DNA of 58,017 nucleotides from Fibrobacterales bacterium (GTDB lineage Bacteria; Fibrobacterota; Fibrobacteria; Fibrobacterales; JAOPTW01): positions 1 to 58,017 of the forward strand of contig JAOPTX010000058.1 in the NCBI GenBank assembly GCA_051532055.1, read 5' to 3'. Below the pieces are notes generated by a model, which saw nothing but the letters and a program-made list of their open reading frames with translations, was not told the DNA's origin and did no database searches. The first letter of the stretch is position 1. Each line of letters starts with the position of its first letter. Shown piece after piece: positions 1 to 8,869 of the stretch. The position numbers and the translations under genes were made by a program.

Positions 1-29
1 ATGCGTAGAAAGTGTGTTAAGCGTATCAT
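1..29 (-). CDS. 5' end of a gene running off the window (MIRLTHFLR...)
   Basis: Minus-strand ATG at 29-27 with an AGAGGA Shine-Dalgarno 8 nt upstream (38-43); only 9 codons visible. Confidence 0.4.
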
Positions 30-88
30 CTGTGTTGTCCTCTTTAATCCCCAGTTTTAAACTATATAATTTTATGAAAAACAAAATT

Positions 89-103
89 ATGTCCTGAGGA
101 CAT
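89..103. promoter_or_regulatory. 7-1-7 palindrome ATGTCCT-G-AGGACAT, candidate operator
   Basis: Perfect inverted repeat in a divergent intergenic region. Confidence 0.3.
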
Positions 104-201
104 TGGGTTATAGTGTTGACAATAAGGGCCATTCGTTGACATTAGGTGAGATAACCCTGTTTTTACTTAAAATGAAGTGTTTTACTCATGTGAATACTAT
201 G

Positions 202-245
202 CTTTTTTTGCATCGACTGTAATCGAATACATGCCACCAGTAGGA
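202..245 (+). repeat. 44-bp intergenic copy of a spondin gene segment (24939-24982)
   Basis: 42/44 identity, ungapped, same + orientation. Confidence 0.9.
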
Positions 246-255
246 TAAGTAAAGG

Positions 256-286
256 ACTTCAACGCCTATCATAATCTCGACCTCAG
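256..286 (+). repeat. 31-bp dispersed direct repeat, copy 1
   Basis: ACTTCA[A/C]CGCCTATCATAATCTCGACCTCAG, 30/31 identical to 3318-3348. Confidence 0.9.
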
Positions 287-474
287 AGTGTTCCGCAGAA
301 TTGCCTATGTGGATGTCATGAAGTGCCCCCAACGTTCCTGAAGTCGGGGCGCATTCTCATAGTTAAATGCGCACATACCGTGCACGGATATTCCGATAAT
401 TACTCCTTTAACTATCTAGATACATAGTCAAAAAGCTACGTTATTGGTTCTATTAGACAATTGGAGTAGCTCTT

Positions 475-2928
475 ATGAAAATGGCGTTGGTACTTATAGC
501 GGTAATGGTAACTATAGTTTGTGCACAATATACACCAGATGGATTTACCGATCTTACTCAGTTTTTGGTACCCAGTGAGGGGAGTTATGCATTGGGTAAT
601 TCTATGGCTAAATTTAATGATACGCGAGATTCGGGTACTAAAATAGTCTTTTTTGATCGTGAAAATGGTGATAACCCGTCTGCCGGAGCGTATTGGTGGA
701 ATGGTACACAGATTGTCGATAGTGTGGGAAGTCCGGTTGACTCAGAAGGGCGCGAGTATGGGAACGACCCCCTTCAACCAAATGAAGCAGCAATAAAAGC
801 ATTTCAGTTTCCACTGGGACTTAAGAGAAACACACAGGGGGATCCAAGACTCCGAGCCCATAAACATATGTTTGGTTCTGCTGCGGCAGGCTATCCCGAC
901 TGGTATCTTTTTAAGAGAGGGCAGACACACGACTATTTTGATGGGCAGCTCGATGGAGGAAAGAGTGATAGTGAGCCCATGGTTATCGCGGCGTATGGAC
1001 CCAAAGAAGATGGTCGGGCGGTTATAGATCCGGATGGTGCTATTGTACAGACTTTTTTAGGCGAAGAACGATCGTCGGGGTGGCCATTCGGTGCCCATAC
1101 AGGTAGTGATCCGGTAATATGGTTTCACCAGATATTGCAGGGATTAGAACTCCATGGAAAACTGGGACACCTGGGCTCTCACACAAAAGAGACCTTTTCG
1201 GGTACGCATCCATATTGGCTTATTGAAGATTGTAAGGTGATTCAGTCGTCAATGAATTATATGCCGAGAAATACGATAGTGAGGCGCTCTGTTTCGGGGT
1301 TTCGATGGGCCCCAGATCACCACAATCAAGGATATTACACTGCGACGTTTAAATCAGGTATCACTTTTGACGAAATGATATTTTATAAAAACGGATATAA
1401 AACAGATCCATTCAAAGATCCAGATCCTAAACGTGATATTTACAGTCGCAATATTTATCAGGGTGGTGGTGCAAAAATGGGGCATACCTATCGGAATATT
1501 ATATCTGCAGATGGAGCGTCGGGTGGACCTCAGATGCGATTGGGAGGAACCTGTGAAAATAGTTTGATAATAGAAGGGTATTGGTTTAGTAGCACGCAAA
1601 GTAATCATCCCGAAAATGATTGGCTTGCCGAAGATGGTCAAGAGGGACAATCTGCTGTTGTACGGAATAATGTACAGTTCTTGTATGGGTATCCTACACC
1701 AGCAGATCCTGATACTGATGATGCATCAGACCGTAGAGCACAGCCCTTCTGGGGGTATTCCCTACAGGGGGCATCCTTCAATAGTGTTGTAGAGGGAAAC
1801 ATTATATCGGGTGCACTGTATGCTCAAGATTTAGGGGTGCAAGAATCTTCAAAAGGTTTTGGCTTGCGTTTTGTGGTTGATCCCGCAACCTATCAAGACG
1901 GCAACAGCTATACCCAAATGAATAATGTGATGCGCAATAACATTGTCTATAAAGCACAGTCGGGCTTTAAAACTGAAGGAAACTGGGCGGGTATCGAAGG
2001 CAATACGGTTGAGGGCAACGTGTTTGTTGCACAGCGGGCGTTTGATGATAGAAACAGTGATACGGCACCCACAACCAACCAACTCAACCTCACCAACAAC
2101 ACCTTTTATTTAGTTGACACGATGCCGACTAAAACGTGGGTGGGTTTAGAAAATACTATTCAGGACTATACTTCTGCACAAGAGCTTGAAGGGTGGAGTG
2201 ATCCTGATAGAACACTGAAGCGCTATGTTGTCGAAGTATTAGGGCTTACCCCGCTCGATTGGTCTGATGATCCCTGGCTTGACCCTGCACAAATGGCTGT
2301 CCGTATTTCAAATGGCGAGTCTTATGACCCCATGGGATTAAAAACATTTATGGCTGTCGCATTTAATATGAGGGATGGCGGGAGTGAAAAAGCCCCCGTC
2401 AGTGGAAAGCCATCATGGCTCGGTGATTATGTTTGGGATACTCGATATACCGCAGCAGCCGTTGTGAGTTGGGTGAGAGAAGGCTTTGGTCTCCCATCGG
2501 TCATGGACTCTGTTTTAAAAGCTCCTGACTCCACTGGAATTGTTGATCAAAACGATACTCCTTCCTCTGAGTCGTCATCTGAAGTACTACTGTCAATCTC
2601 TTCATCTTCAAGTGAAACAGTAGTACACCTTTCTTCATCATCATTATCTTCATCATCATCAAAATACCCTCCCAAAGATGGTGATGCAGGCGGTGATATT
2701 TCTCCACTCGCAGTGAATGTTCCAGTAGAGAAACTGCATGGTGTTGTGCAACTATCTGAAATGAGAAAACTCGTTTCTTCTATAGAGACTGGATATCTTA
2801 CGGTGTTTCAATTGGATGGGTCGGTGCTCTTTAAAAGTGATGTCACTAAAGGTGCACCCCTAAAAAGTTTGGTACATTTATATGATTCTCGAATGGTATA
2901 TTGGGAGTTAATAACTGGAATGGAGTAG
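475..2928 (+). CDS. Secreted right-handed beta-helix (pectin lyase-like) protein with Ser-rich linker and T9SS-like C-terminal domain
   Basis: Signal peptide; LFKRG..PMVIAAYG motif; parallel beta-helix repeats (VVRNNV, VEGNII, MRNNIV, VEGNVF); SSSS linker; tail with VFQLDG. Confidence 0.7.
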   Translation: MKMALVLIAVMVTIVCAQYTPDGFTDLTQFLVPSEGSYALGNSMAKFNDTRDSGTKIVFFDRENGDNPSAGAYWWNGTQIVDSVGSPVDSEGREYGNDPLQPNEAAIKAFQFPLGLKRNTQGDPRLRAHKHMFGSAAAGYPDWYLFKRGQTHDYFDGQLDGGKSDSEPMVIAAYGPKEDGRAVIDPDGAIVQTFLGEERSSGWPFGAHTGSDPVIWFHQILQGLELHGKLGHLGSHTKETFSGTHPYWLIEDCKVIQSSMNYMPRNTIVRRSVSGFRWAPDHHNQGYYTATFKSGITFDEMIFYKNGYKTDPFKDPDPKRDIYSRNIYQGGGAKMGHTYRNIISADGASGGPQMRLGGTCENSLIIEGYWFSSTQSNHPENDWLAEDGQEGQSAVVRNNVQFLYGYPTPADPDTDDASDRRAQPFWGYSLQGASFNSVVEGNIISGALYAQDLGVQESSKGFGLRFVVDPATYQDGNSYTQMNNVMRNNIVYKAQSGFKTEGNWAGIEGNTVEGNVFVAQRAFDDRNSDTAPTTNQLNLTNNTFYLVDTMPTKTWVGLENTIQDYTSAQELEGWSDPDRTLKRYVVEVLGLTPLDWSDDPWLDPAQMAVRISNGESYDPMGLKTFMAVAFNMRDGGSEKAPVSGKPSWLGDYVWDTRYTAAAVVSWVREGFGLPSVMDSVLKAPDSTGIVDQNDTPSSESSSEVLLSISSSSSETVVHLSSSSLSSSSSKYPPKDGDAGGDISPLAVNVPVEKLHGVVQLSEMRKLVSSIETGYLTVFQLDGSVLFKSDVTKGAPLKSLVHLYDSRMVYWELITGME

Positions 2929-3181
2929 TGACAAACCATACTGGTTCTTAATACATATAAAAAATATACTCAGTGAGGTGTCGTTTACTTTTGACGAAGT
3001 ATGAGTCTGACTGCTTTCATTGCTGATGTTCTTTTAGCGCCCGCGCTATTAATTTATTTTGTAAAAGATAAATCTCTTAAGTAATAAGAATGGACATCAG
3101 CCGATTTAGCTCCATATAAACCCGTCTGAAGGAGGACTATAGTAGCTGAACATAGGAGTCACCTGAAGTCAGTATTTTAGA

Positions 3182-3627
3182 ATGAAATAGTCTCAACAGT
3201 ATATACCAAGAATATTAAGAAACAGGTGTTTAACGCGTGAAGGCTCCGTAGAGAGATCATTGTTACTTATAAGCCTGTTTACAATCCATGTGGCAGATGC
3301 CGCGCTCACCATACACAACTTCACCGCCTATCATAATCTCGACCTCAGCCGTGATCAATGGCTGGAGGTTTTAAGAGTACCGTGAAGTTCGTCTATGGGC
3401 CCCTCAATAATGTCTATCCATTGACCTTCTATTATGCTATCTGGCAAAAGAAGCTGAGTTATGCTGGGTTTTTCAGTATGAGAGAAGCACTTAAGAAAAG
3501 GGCCTCCCTGAAAGCCTATCCGCGATTTAAGCAGGAACTCCAAGAACTGCTCTACGAGTGCTATATCGCTGTTTATTACAGATATACATTGATTTTCAGG
3601 CTAAATGTTACGTATAATCTATTATAG
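3182..3627 (+). pseudogene. Possible decayed gene of unknown family
   Basis: ATG-AAA-TAG, then about 64 open codons that would join the 3358-3627 frame if one T were added to GAGGTTTTAAG. Confidence 0.25.
3318..3348 (+). repeat. 31-bp dispersed direct repeat, copy 2
   Basis: 30/31 identical to 256-286. Confidence 0.9.
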
Positions 3628-3675
3628 TCAAATCGTTAATGTCATAATGGGTACAAGTGAGGCTGTAGGTATTGT

Positions 3676-5292
3676 ATGAAAAAAGTAGCGTTACATGGTT
3701 TAGAGGTTGATACTCCATTGGATGGGTATTTATGTCATGTGGAGTCGGGTGAAGTTATGCACAAGCCAGGTGAAACGTTATCGCTCACAAACCTTTTATT
3801 TATGGAAGATTGTGACGTAAGTGAATTAATGATATGTGGAAATGATGCTGAACTCAAAAAATTTCAACTTGCCTCTTCATTTAAAAAAATAACAATACAG
3901 GATTTACCCGTTAATGAAATTTCTCCAGTTGATGTTATCAGTGCTGCGAATGAGGTTGTCGCACAGGCAGGGCATGTATTTACCGTTGATCTAATTGAGT
4001 CATTAAAAAAGCTTGAGAATACCGATCTCTTTTATAAAAAAGACGATATGGAACGAAATATATTTCAGGCCCATAAATACTCATGCTTACTTGAAAGTGA
4101 CAAAGCGGAAAGTGTCAGTAAACTCAAAGAAATAATACACCCAAAAGAAAAGCTTCGCAGGGCATTAGAAGAGGAAAAAGAGAAGGAGCGCCAAGAGAGG
4201 TTGACTTTTGATGAGACCGAAATACCGAGAGAGAGGTTTATTAACGAACGTTCTAAAGAGATGGCGGTTAATTATTTAAGAAAGAAAATTAGTAAAGGCG
4301 AGATTCAGGGGATTCCAACAGATGAAAAAGAACTTTATAAATCGTTGCAATTAATAGTTGAAATTAGAGCAAAAGGTGTGCTGAACGAGTATATAAAAAG
4401 GTACAAAAGTTGGATTGAAAAGCTTGATGCTCTATTTTATGATCTTCGTATTAATACACTCGTTGAATATGATACTATAGAAGAAATTGCAAGAGATATG
4501 TTGACTCTGTTTTTGCATGATACCTTCTTTTTTATCAACCTTACCAATAGAAGAGAACCTTCAGATTCAAAAAATTATCTTGTTGTTCATTCAGTAAATG
4601 TCGCTATACATAGTATTAATATTGCTACAGCTGCGGGGTATTCACGGGAGTATATACTAGAGGTGGCGGTTGGTGCCTTATTACATGATGTTGGGCATTT
4701 GTTTACCTATAAGCCAATGTTTACTAAACAAGTATTAGATGATACAGAACAACATAAATTTGATCAGCACTCTTTAGTCGGTGTTGCTATGCAGAAAAAT
4801 ATTACCAAGGTACCTATTTCAACAGGGTATATAATTTTACAACATCATGAACGACTCGATGAAAGTGGCCCGGTAAGTTTCGTCGATGCTGATAAGGTGC
4901 ATGATTTTGCACGGTTAGTTGCTGTTGCTGTATACTATGAAACGGAATGCAGATTCTGCTCTCCGCACGATGCTATGATGCATGCGATTCAACAGATGAA
5001 ATTAAAAATTTTGGAGACACATTTTTTGAGATTGCTTCTTATGACGATGTCGTTATTTCCGATTGGGACTTATGTCCTATTAGATAACGGTGTAATAGCT
5101 AAAGTAATAGGGTGTAATAAAAATGAGATAAAAAAACCTTTTGTTTCAACAATTGCAACAGTTGATGGGGTGCATTTATTTCCTTTAGAAAAAACTGAAG
5201 TTTTAAACTTGGCTGATAAGGATGTTACTGTGGAAATTTTGAAAAGTACAGAACACCCCTCGCTTGAATCAAAATATAATTTGGGGTTTTAA
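3676..5292 (+). CDS. HD-GYP domain protein with degenerate GYP motif
   Basis: HSVNVA, LLHDVG, QHHERLD motifs and FPIGTYVLL C-terminal tail; GYP replaced by SGP. Confidence 0.8.
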   Translation: MKKVALHGLEVDTPLDGYLCHVESGEVMHKPGETLSLTNLLFMEDCDVSELMICGNDAELKKFQLASSFKKITIQDLPVNEISPVDVISAANEVVAQAGHVFTVDLIESLKKLENTDLFYKKDDMERNIFQAHKYSCLLESDKAESVSKLKEIIHPKEKLRRALEEEKEKERQERLTFDETEIPRERFINERSKEMAVNYLRKKISKGEIQGIPTDEKELYKSLQLIVEIRAKGVLNEYIKRYKSWIEKLDALFYDLRINTLVEYDTIEEIARDMLTLFLHDTFFFINLTNRREPSDSKNYLVVHSVNVAIHSINIATAAGYSREYILEVAVGALLHDVGHLFTYKPMFTKQVLDDTEQHKFDQHSLVGVAMQKNITKVPISTGYIILQHHERLDESGPVSFVDADKVHDFARLVAVAVYYETECRFCSPHDAMMHAIQQMKLKILETHFLRLLLMTMSLFPIGTYVLLDNGVIAKVIGCNKNEIKKPFVSTIATVDGVHLFPLEKTEVLNLADKDVTVEILKSTEHPSLESKYNLGF

Positions 5293-5295
5293 CGT

Positions 5296-6726
5296 ATGGG
5301 AACACCTATATACGAAGCATTAGATGAATTGATTTCAGTCTCTATTGAAGACAATGGGTACAAGGCATTTGTTTCGGTCAAAAAAAACAGGGAAGACTTT
5401 GAATGTTCTAATACCCAGGTTATAGAATTTCTTAAAGATAAAAAAGTTACATATGGGTATTCTCTTGATGCTATTAAAAAAATTATTCTGCGTATAAAAG
5501 GGAGAGAACCTGGTGAGGCAATTCTCATTGCGTCAGGAAAAGTAAAAGAAGAGGGTAAAGATGGGAGTGAGAAGTATAAATTCAGAACTAAAATGATGAT
5601 TGGCGCGGAAGTAGATGATAAAGTTGATTATAAGGAACGTAAATTAGTTAACAATATGAGGCCTGGTCAGATATTGGCAGTTATCAAAAAACATATTTAT
5701 GGAAAGCCAGGGTTAAAAGTTACCGGTGAAAAAGAAGAAGCGGTACCGGTTAGAAAAGTTGGGATACCGAATGCAGGGTTACACGTTCAAGTCTTTGAAA
5801 AGGAAGGAGTCTTAACCTATGTTGCTATGTCGGCTGGGCATGCTCGACTTATTTTTAATGAAATACAGGTAACATCAAATTTTGCAATAGTAGGGGACTT
5901 AGATCTCACAAAAGGCAATATTGACTTTGTTGGTGATGTAGAAATTACAGGTGATGTTGCAAGTGGATTTAAAATCAACGCTGGAGGAAATATTATTATT
6001 GGAGGTAACGTTGAGCCCAATGCAGTTATTATCGCTAAAAAAGATATTATTGTTAAAAAAACAATCCGCTGTGGAAAGAGCCTTGGAGGCTTTGTAGCAG
6101 GTGGAGATATCACTGCTGGCACAATACTTAATAGTAGAATTGAGAACAAAGGCGATGTGTATGTAAAAGATATGATTGCTGATAGTGAAATATTCAGTAT
6201 GGGACATTTTAGCTGTTCGTGGGGCACAATTCTTGGGAGTACCATTGAGGCGGTCAGTGGTATATCGGTAAACAGTATTGGAAAAGAGTCGGGTGTTGGA
6301 CAGAATATTATTATTGCCGGCAATACTGATATTAATGAAGAAGCTCTTGAAAAAGCGGATCAAGGCCTTCTCAATCTAAATAATGAACTTAATCTTATCA
6401 TTAAAAATATTCCAACAAAAACTGAAGAGTCAACTGATGAAAATAAAGAAAGTAACGCAGAGAGATTAAAGAACCTTAATAAAGCACGTGCAGTCCATGT
6501 TGAAGAATTGAATGAAAAGATTAAGGCACTGCAAGAAGAAAAAGAATATTTGGAATCCCATTTACATACGAACCCCGATGCTGTGATCGAAATTCGTGGT
6601 AAAGTGTATCCTACTGCTACGATTATAAATGGTTTAAATCGAATGTTGGTATTTGATGATGTTGAATCTGCATGTTCTCTTGAATATCAGGCTCCCGAAA
6701 TGCCCGAAATGCGCGAAGATACCTAA
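5296..6726 (+). CDS. FapA family protein (DUF342, flagellar assembly protein A-like)
   Basis: G.DG...VDYKE, V.GDLDL..GNIDF.GDV.I.GDV..GF.I.A.G beta-solenoid, coiled coil, GKVYP; starts 3 nt after the HD-GYP gene. Confidence 0.85.
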   Translation: MGTPIYEALDELISVSIEDNGYKAFVSVKKNREDFECSNTQVIEFLKDKKVTYGYSLDAIKKIILRIKGREPGEAILIASGKVKEEGKDGSEKYKFRTKMMIGAEVDDKVDYKERKLVNNMRPGQILAVIKKHIYGKPGLKVTGEKEEAVPVRKVGIPNAGLHVQVFEKEGVLTYVAMSAGHARLIFNEIQVTSNFAIVGDLDLTKGNIDFVGDVEITGDVASGFKINAGGNIIIGGNVEPNAVIIAKKDIIVKKTIRCGKSLGGFVAGGDITAGTILNSRIENKGDVYVKDMIADSEIFSMGHFSCSWGTILGSTIEAVSGISVNSIGKESGVGQNIIIAGNTDINEEALEKADQGLLNLNNELNLIIKNIPTKTEESTDENKESNAERLKNLNKARAVHVEELNEKIKALQEEKEYLESHLHTNPDAVIEIRGKVYPTATIINGLNRMLVFDDVESACSLEYQAPEMPEMREDT

Positions 6727-6735
6727 ACTAAAATT

Positions 6736-8496
6736 CTATTGCAAGCCTTCTTTTAGTAGTATTCCGGATTCAATAACTACCGCGTATAATCCTTCTTTCA
6801 TTGGTGTTTGTAAAAACAATGACTGTGAACCATCTACCGTGAAATCATTGGTTTGACTACCTATATGTTTACCCATAGCATCATATATATGTAACACGTA
6901 CCTTCCAGGTTCTAACACATTTATTGATACATAATCCTTATTCGTGACTTTGTATATAAGTGATACATTTAAATTGTTAGTAGTGTTTTGTTTGAGGTCG
7001 TTAAATATTCCTACAGGACCCTCTGCTGATGGAGTGTTTATACTACTCGATGAAAACTCTTCTTCTTCTTCTTCGTCTATGTCTTTTGAACTTGAACTAG
7101 TATCCTCTATACTACTTGAACTCATTGAAGAGTTTGATGGCTGAGTATCTGACGATTCGACGTTCTCTGATGAGGACTCTGAGGAGGATTCATCTATCGA
7201 ACTTGAAGAAAGTACTACCGGCTCCACAACACTGATGGTAACTTCTGTCTCTGCCTCTATTCCATCTGCATCAGATACTACTAGAGCAAATGTGTAACTA
7301 CCAAGCTCCAAACCTGTAATTATTGGTGATGCTATTTGTGAATCACTTATTAAAGATGAACCACCCGTAACACTTGTCCATTCATAAGTATAGGGACTTT
7401 TTCCACCACTGACCAACCCATTGAGTACTGCTTCAGTTTCCGGCTGTGCAACAACAATATCAGCAGCGCCAACTATAAACTCTCCAGGTAACGCCCGAAT
7501 AGTATTGGTTCTCCAGTCTGCTGTAATTTTCCATTCATCCAACATATCCGTGATATACTGTTCTCCTCCAGCGTCATTCCCCCACAGTGCAGAAGATTGT
7601 CCATCAGTAGTAATAGCCCACATAGCGGATGAGAAACCATATTCGTCTAAGACTGCATGCCATGCATCAGCACTTTCTCCATCGAAAGAGCCTTCAAATT
7701 CACCCTTTCCTCCATTATAATGTGATATTCCCCATTCAGAAACAAAAAATGGAAGCCCATCTTGGAGTGCATCTTTAAAATGTTGCCCTGTCCAACCATC
7801 ATCTACGAAATGGGAGTATGCATAAAAATGCATTACATATGCAGAATTATTACTAGGATCATTAACAGGGTCATTTATAATGCCCCGGAATACCTGCCCA
7901 TAGGAGGGCGTGCCCACCAATATTAAGTTGTCAGACCCTAACTCACGTATATGACCAATAAGTTCGTCTGCATAGTCTTTTACCGGCCCCCATTCGTGTG
8001 GGTCTTCAGTGACGGGCTCATTAAATATTTCGAAAATAATATTATCATATTGACCATATTTTTCTACAGCTTTTGTAAAAAATTCTTTCGCTTCTGGTAT
8101 TTCATCCCAGGCATGATGTGAATGGAAATCTATAATAATATAGACGCCACGAGCAATACATTGGTCAATCACCGTGGTTGCAAACTCAAAGTCTGCAGGC
8201 TTACCGCCGGAGGTAGTCGACACCGCTACTCTCAAAACTTCTGCATCGAAATCATCAACCATTTGATCAACTACTTCTGCGGTCCAAAAGTTTTCACCAC
8301 CCCATTGGTTCCAAGAAAAACTGAGGCCCTTTACCTGCACCATTGCATTGGTATACGGTTTTTTTGAACCAACAAAATATTGGCCCTTTACCTTCATTTC
8401 TCCATATATATCCACAGGCCCTATAGCCTCTGCACTAATCAAACCAAATAAAATAATTGTAAGAACAAATGTTATTTCTTTAATGCGATTACTCAT
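6736..8496 (-). CDS. Secreted GH5 endoglucanase (GH5_2-like) with PKD-like domain, Ser/acidic linker and T9SS type A-like CTD
   Basis: QVKGLS, YIIIDFHSH, FEIFNEP acid/base, HFYA, FVSEWG nucleophile; YTYEW...GSYTFALVVSD; IYDAMGK..EGLYAV tail. Confidence 0.9.
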   Translation of the reverse strand: MSNRIKEITFVLTIILFGLISAEAIGPVDIYGEMKVKGQYFVGSKKPYTNAMVQVKGLSFSWNQWGGENFWTAEVVDQMVDDFDAEVLRVAVSTTSGGKPADFEFATTVIDQCIARGVYIIIDFHSHHAWDEIPEAKEFFTKAVEKYGQYDNIIFEIFNEPVTEDPHEWGPVKDYADELIGHIRELGSDNLILVGTPSYGQVFRGIINDPVNDPSNNSAYVMHFYAYSHFVDDGWTGQHFKDALQDGLPFFVSEWGISHYNGGKGEFEGSFDGESADAWHAVLDEYGFSSAMWAITTDGQSSALWGNDAGGEQYITDMLDEWKITADWRTNTIRALPGEFIVGAADIVVAQPETEAVLNGLVSGGKSPYTYEWTSVTGGSSLISDSQIASPIITGLELGSYTFALVVSDADGIEAETEVTISVVEPVVLSSSSIDESSSESSSENVESSDTQPSNSSMSSSSIEDTSSSSKDIDEEEEEEFSSSSINTPSAEGPVGIFNDLKQNTTNNLNVSLIYKVTNKDYVSINVLEPGRYVLHIYDAMGKHIGSQTNDFTVDGSQSLFLQTPMKEGLYAVVIESGILLKEGLQ

Positions 8497-8799
8497 TGAA
8501 ATCCCTTCTAAGATTTATTTAATTAATGAAAACTCTTCGATAGTAAGAGCGTTAAAATATTTTGTATCAAACCAATAATTATAAGTCAATTAATCGACCA
8601 TTTTCATATCGCTTTGTGTAGACCTCTTCATACATCAGGCTTCTCAAAATCGGTGTATCATAACATTGCTGACTCGGTGTCTTTTACCATCCCTGCTGAT
8701 TATGCGTACGTATAATTTGATCGTGTTTAATATATATCAAGAAATACCTCATGTAAGAATTTTACTTTTTTAGGCGTGGTCACCTTTGTCCACACCCAT

Positions 8800-8842
8800 G
8801 GATAAAGCTTTTATCTGAGCAAGATATTGTATATATTTAATG
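8800..8842 (+). promoter_or_regulatory. Conserved upstream motif of TIGR02147 operon 1
   Basis: GGATAAwGCTTT(T)ATyTG...TATATwkTTAATG, shared with 26809-26850; contains a GATAAA-GCT-TTTATC palindrome. Confidence 0.55.
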
Positions 8843-8869
8843 TGACGTACTCAGGTTAGGGTGTAGTAA

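Noticed and set aside
202..245. DGR template/variable repeat pair with 24939-24982
   Set aside because: The two mismatches are not adenine-specific on either strand, the repeat is short and no reverse transcriptase is visible
180..400. CRISPR array with self-targeting spacers
   Set aside because: No repeated sequence flanks the fragments and there are no cas genes in the window
5817..6363. Antisense ORFs over FapA, and the other nested short ORFs in the track
   Set aside because: Shadow frames of well-supported genes
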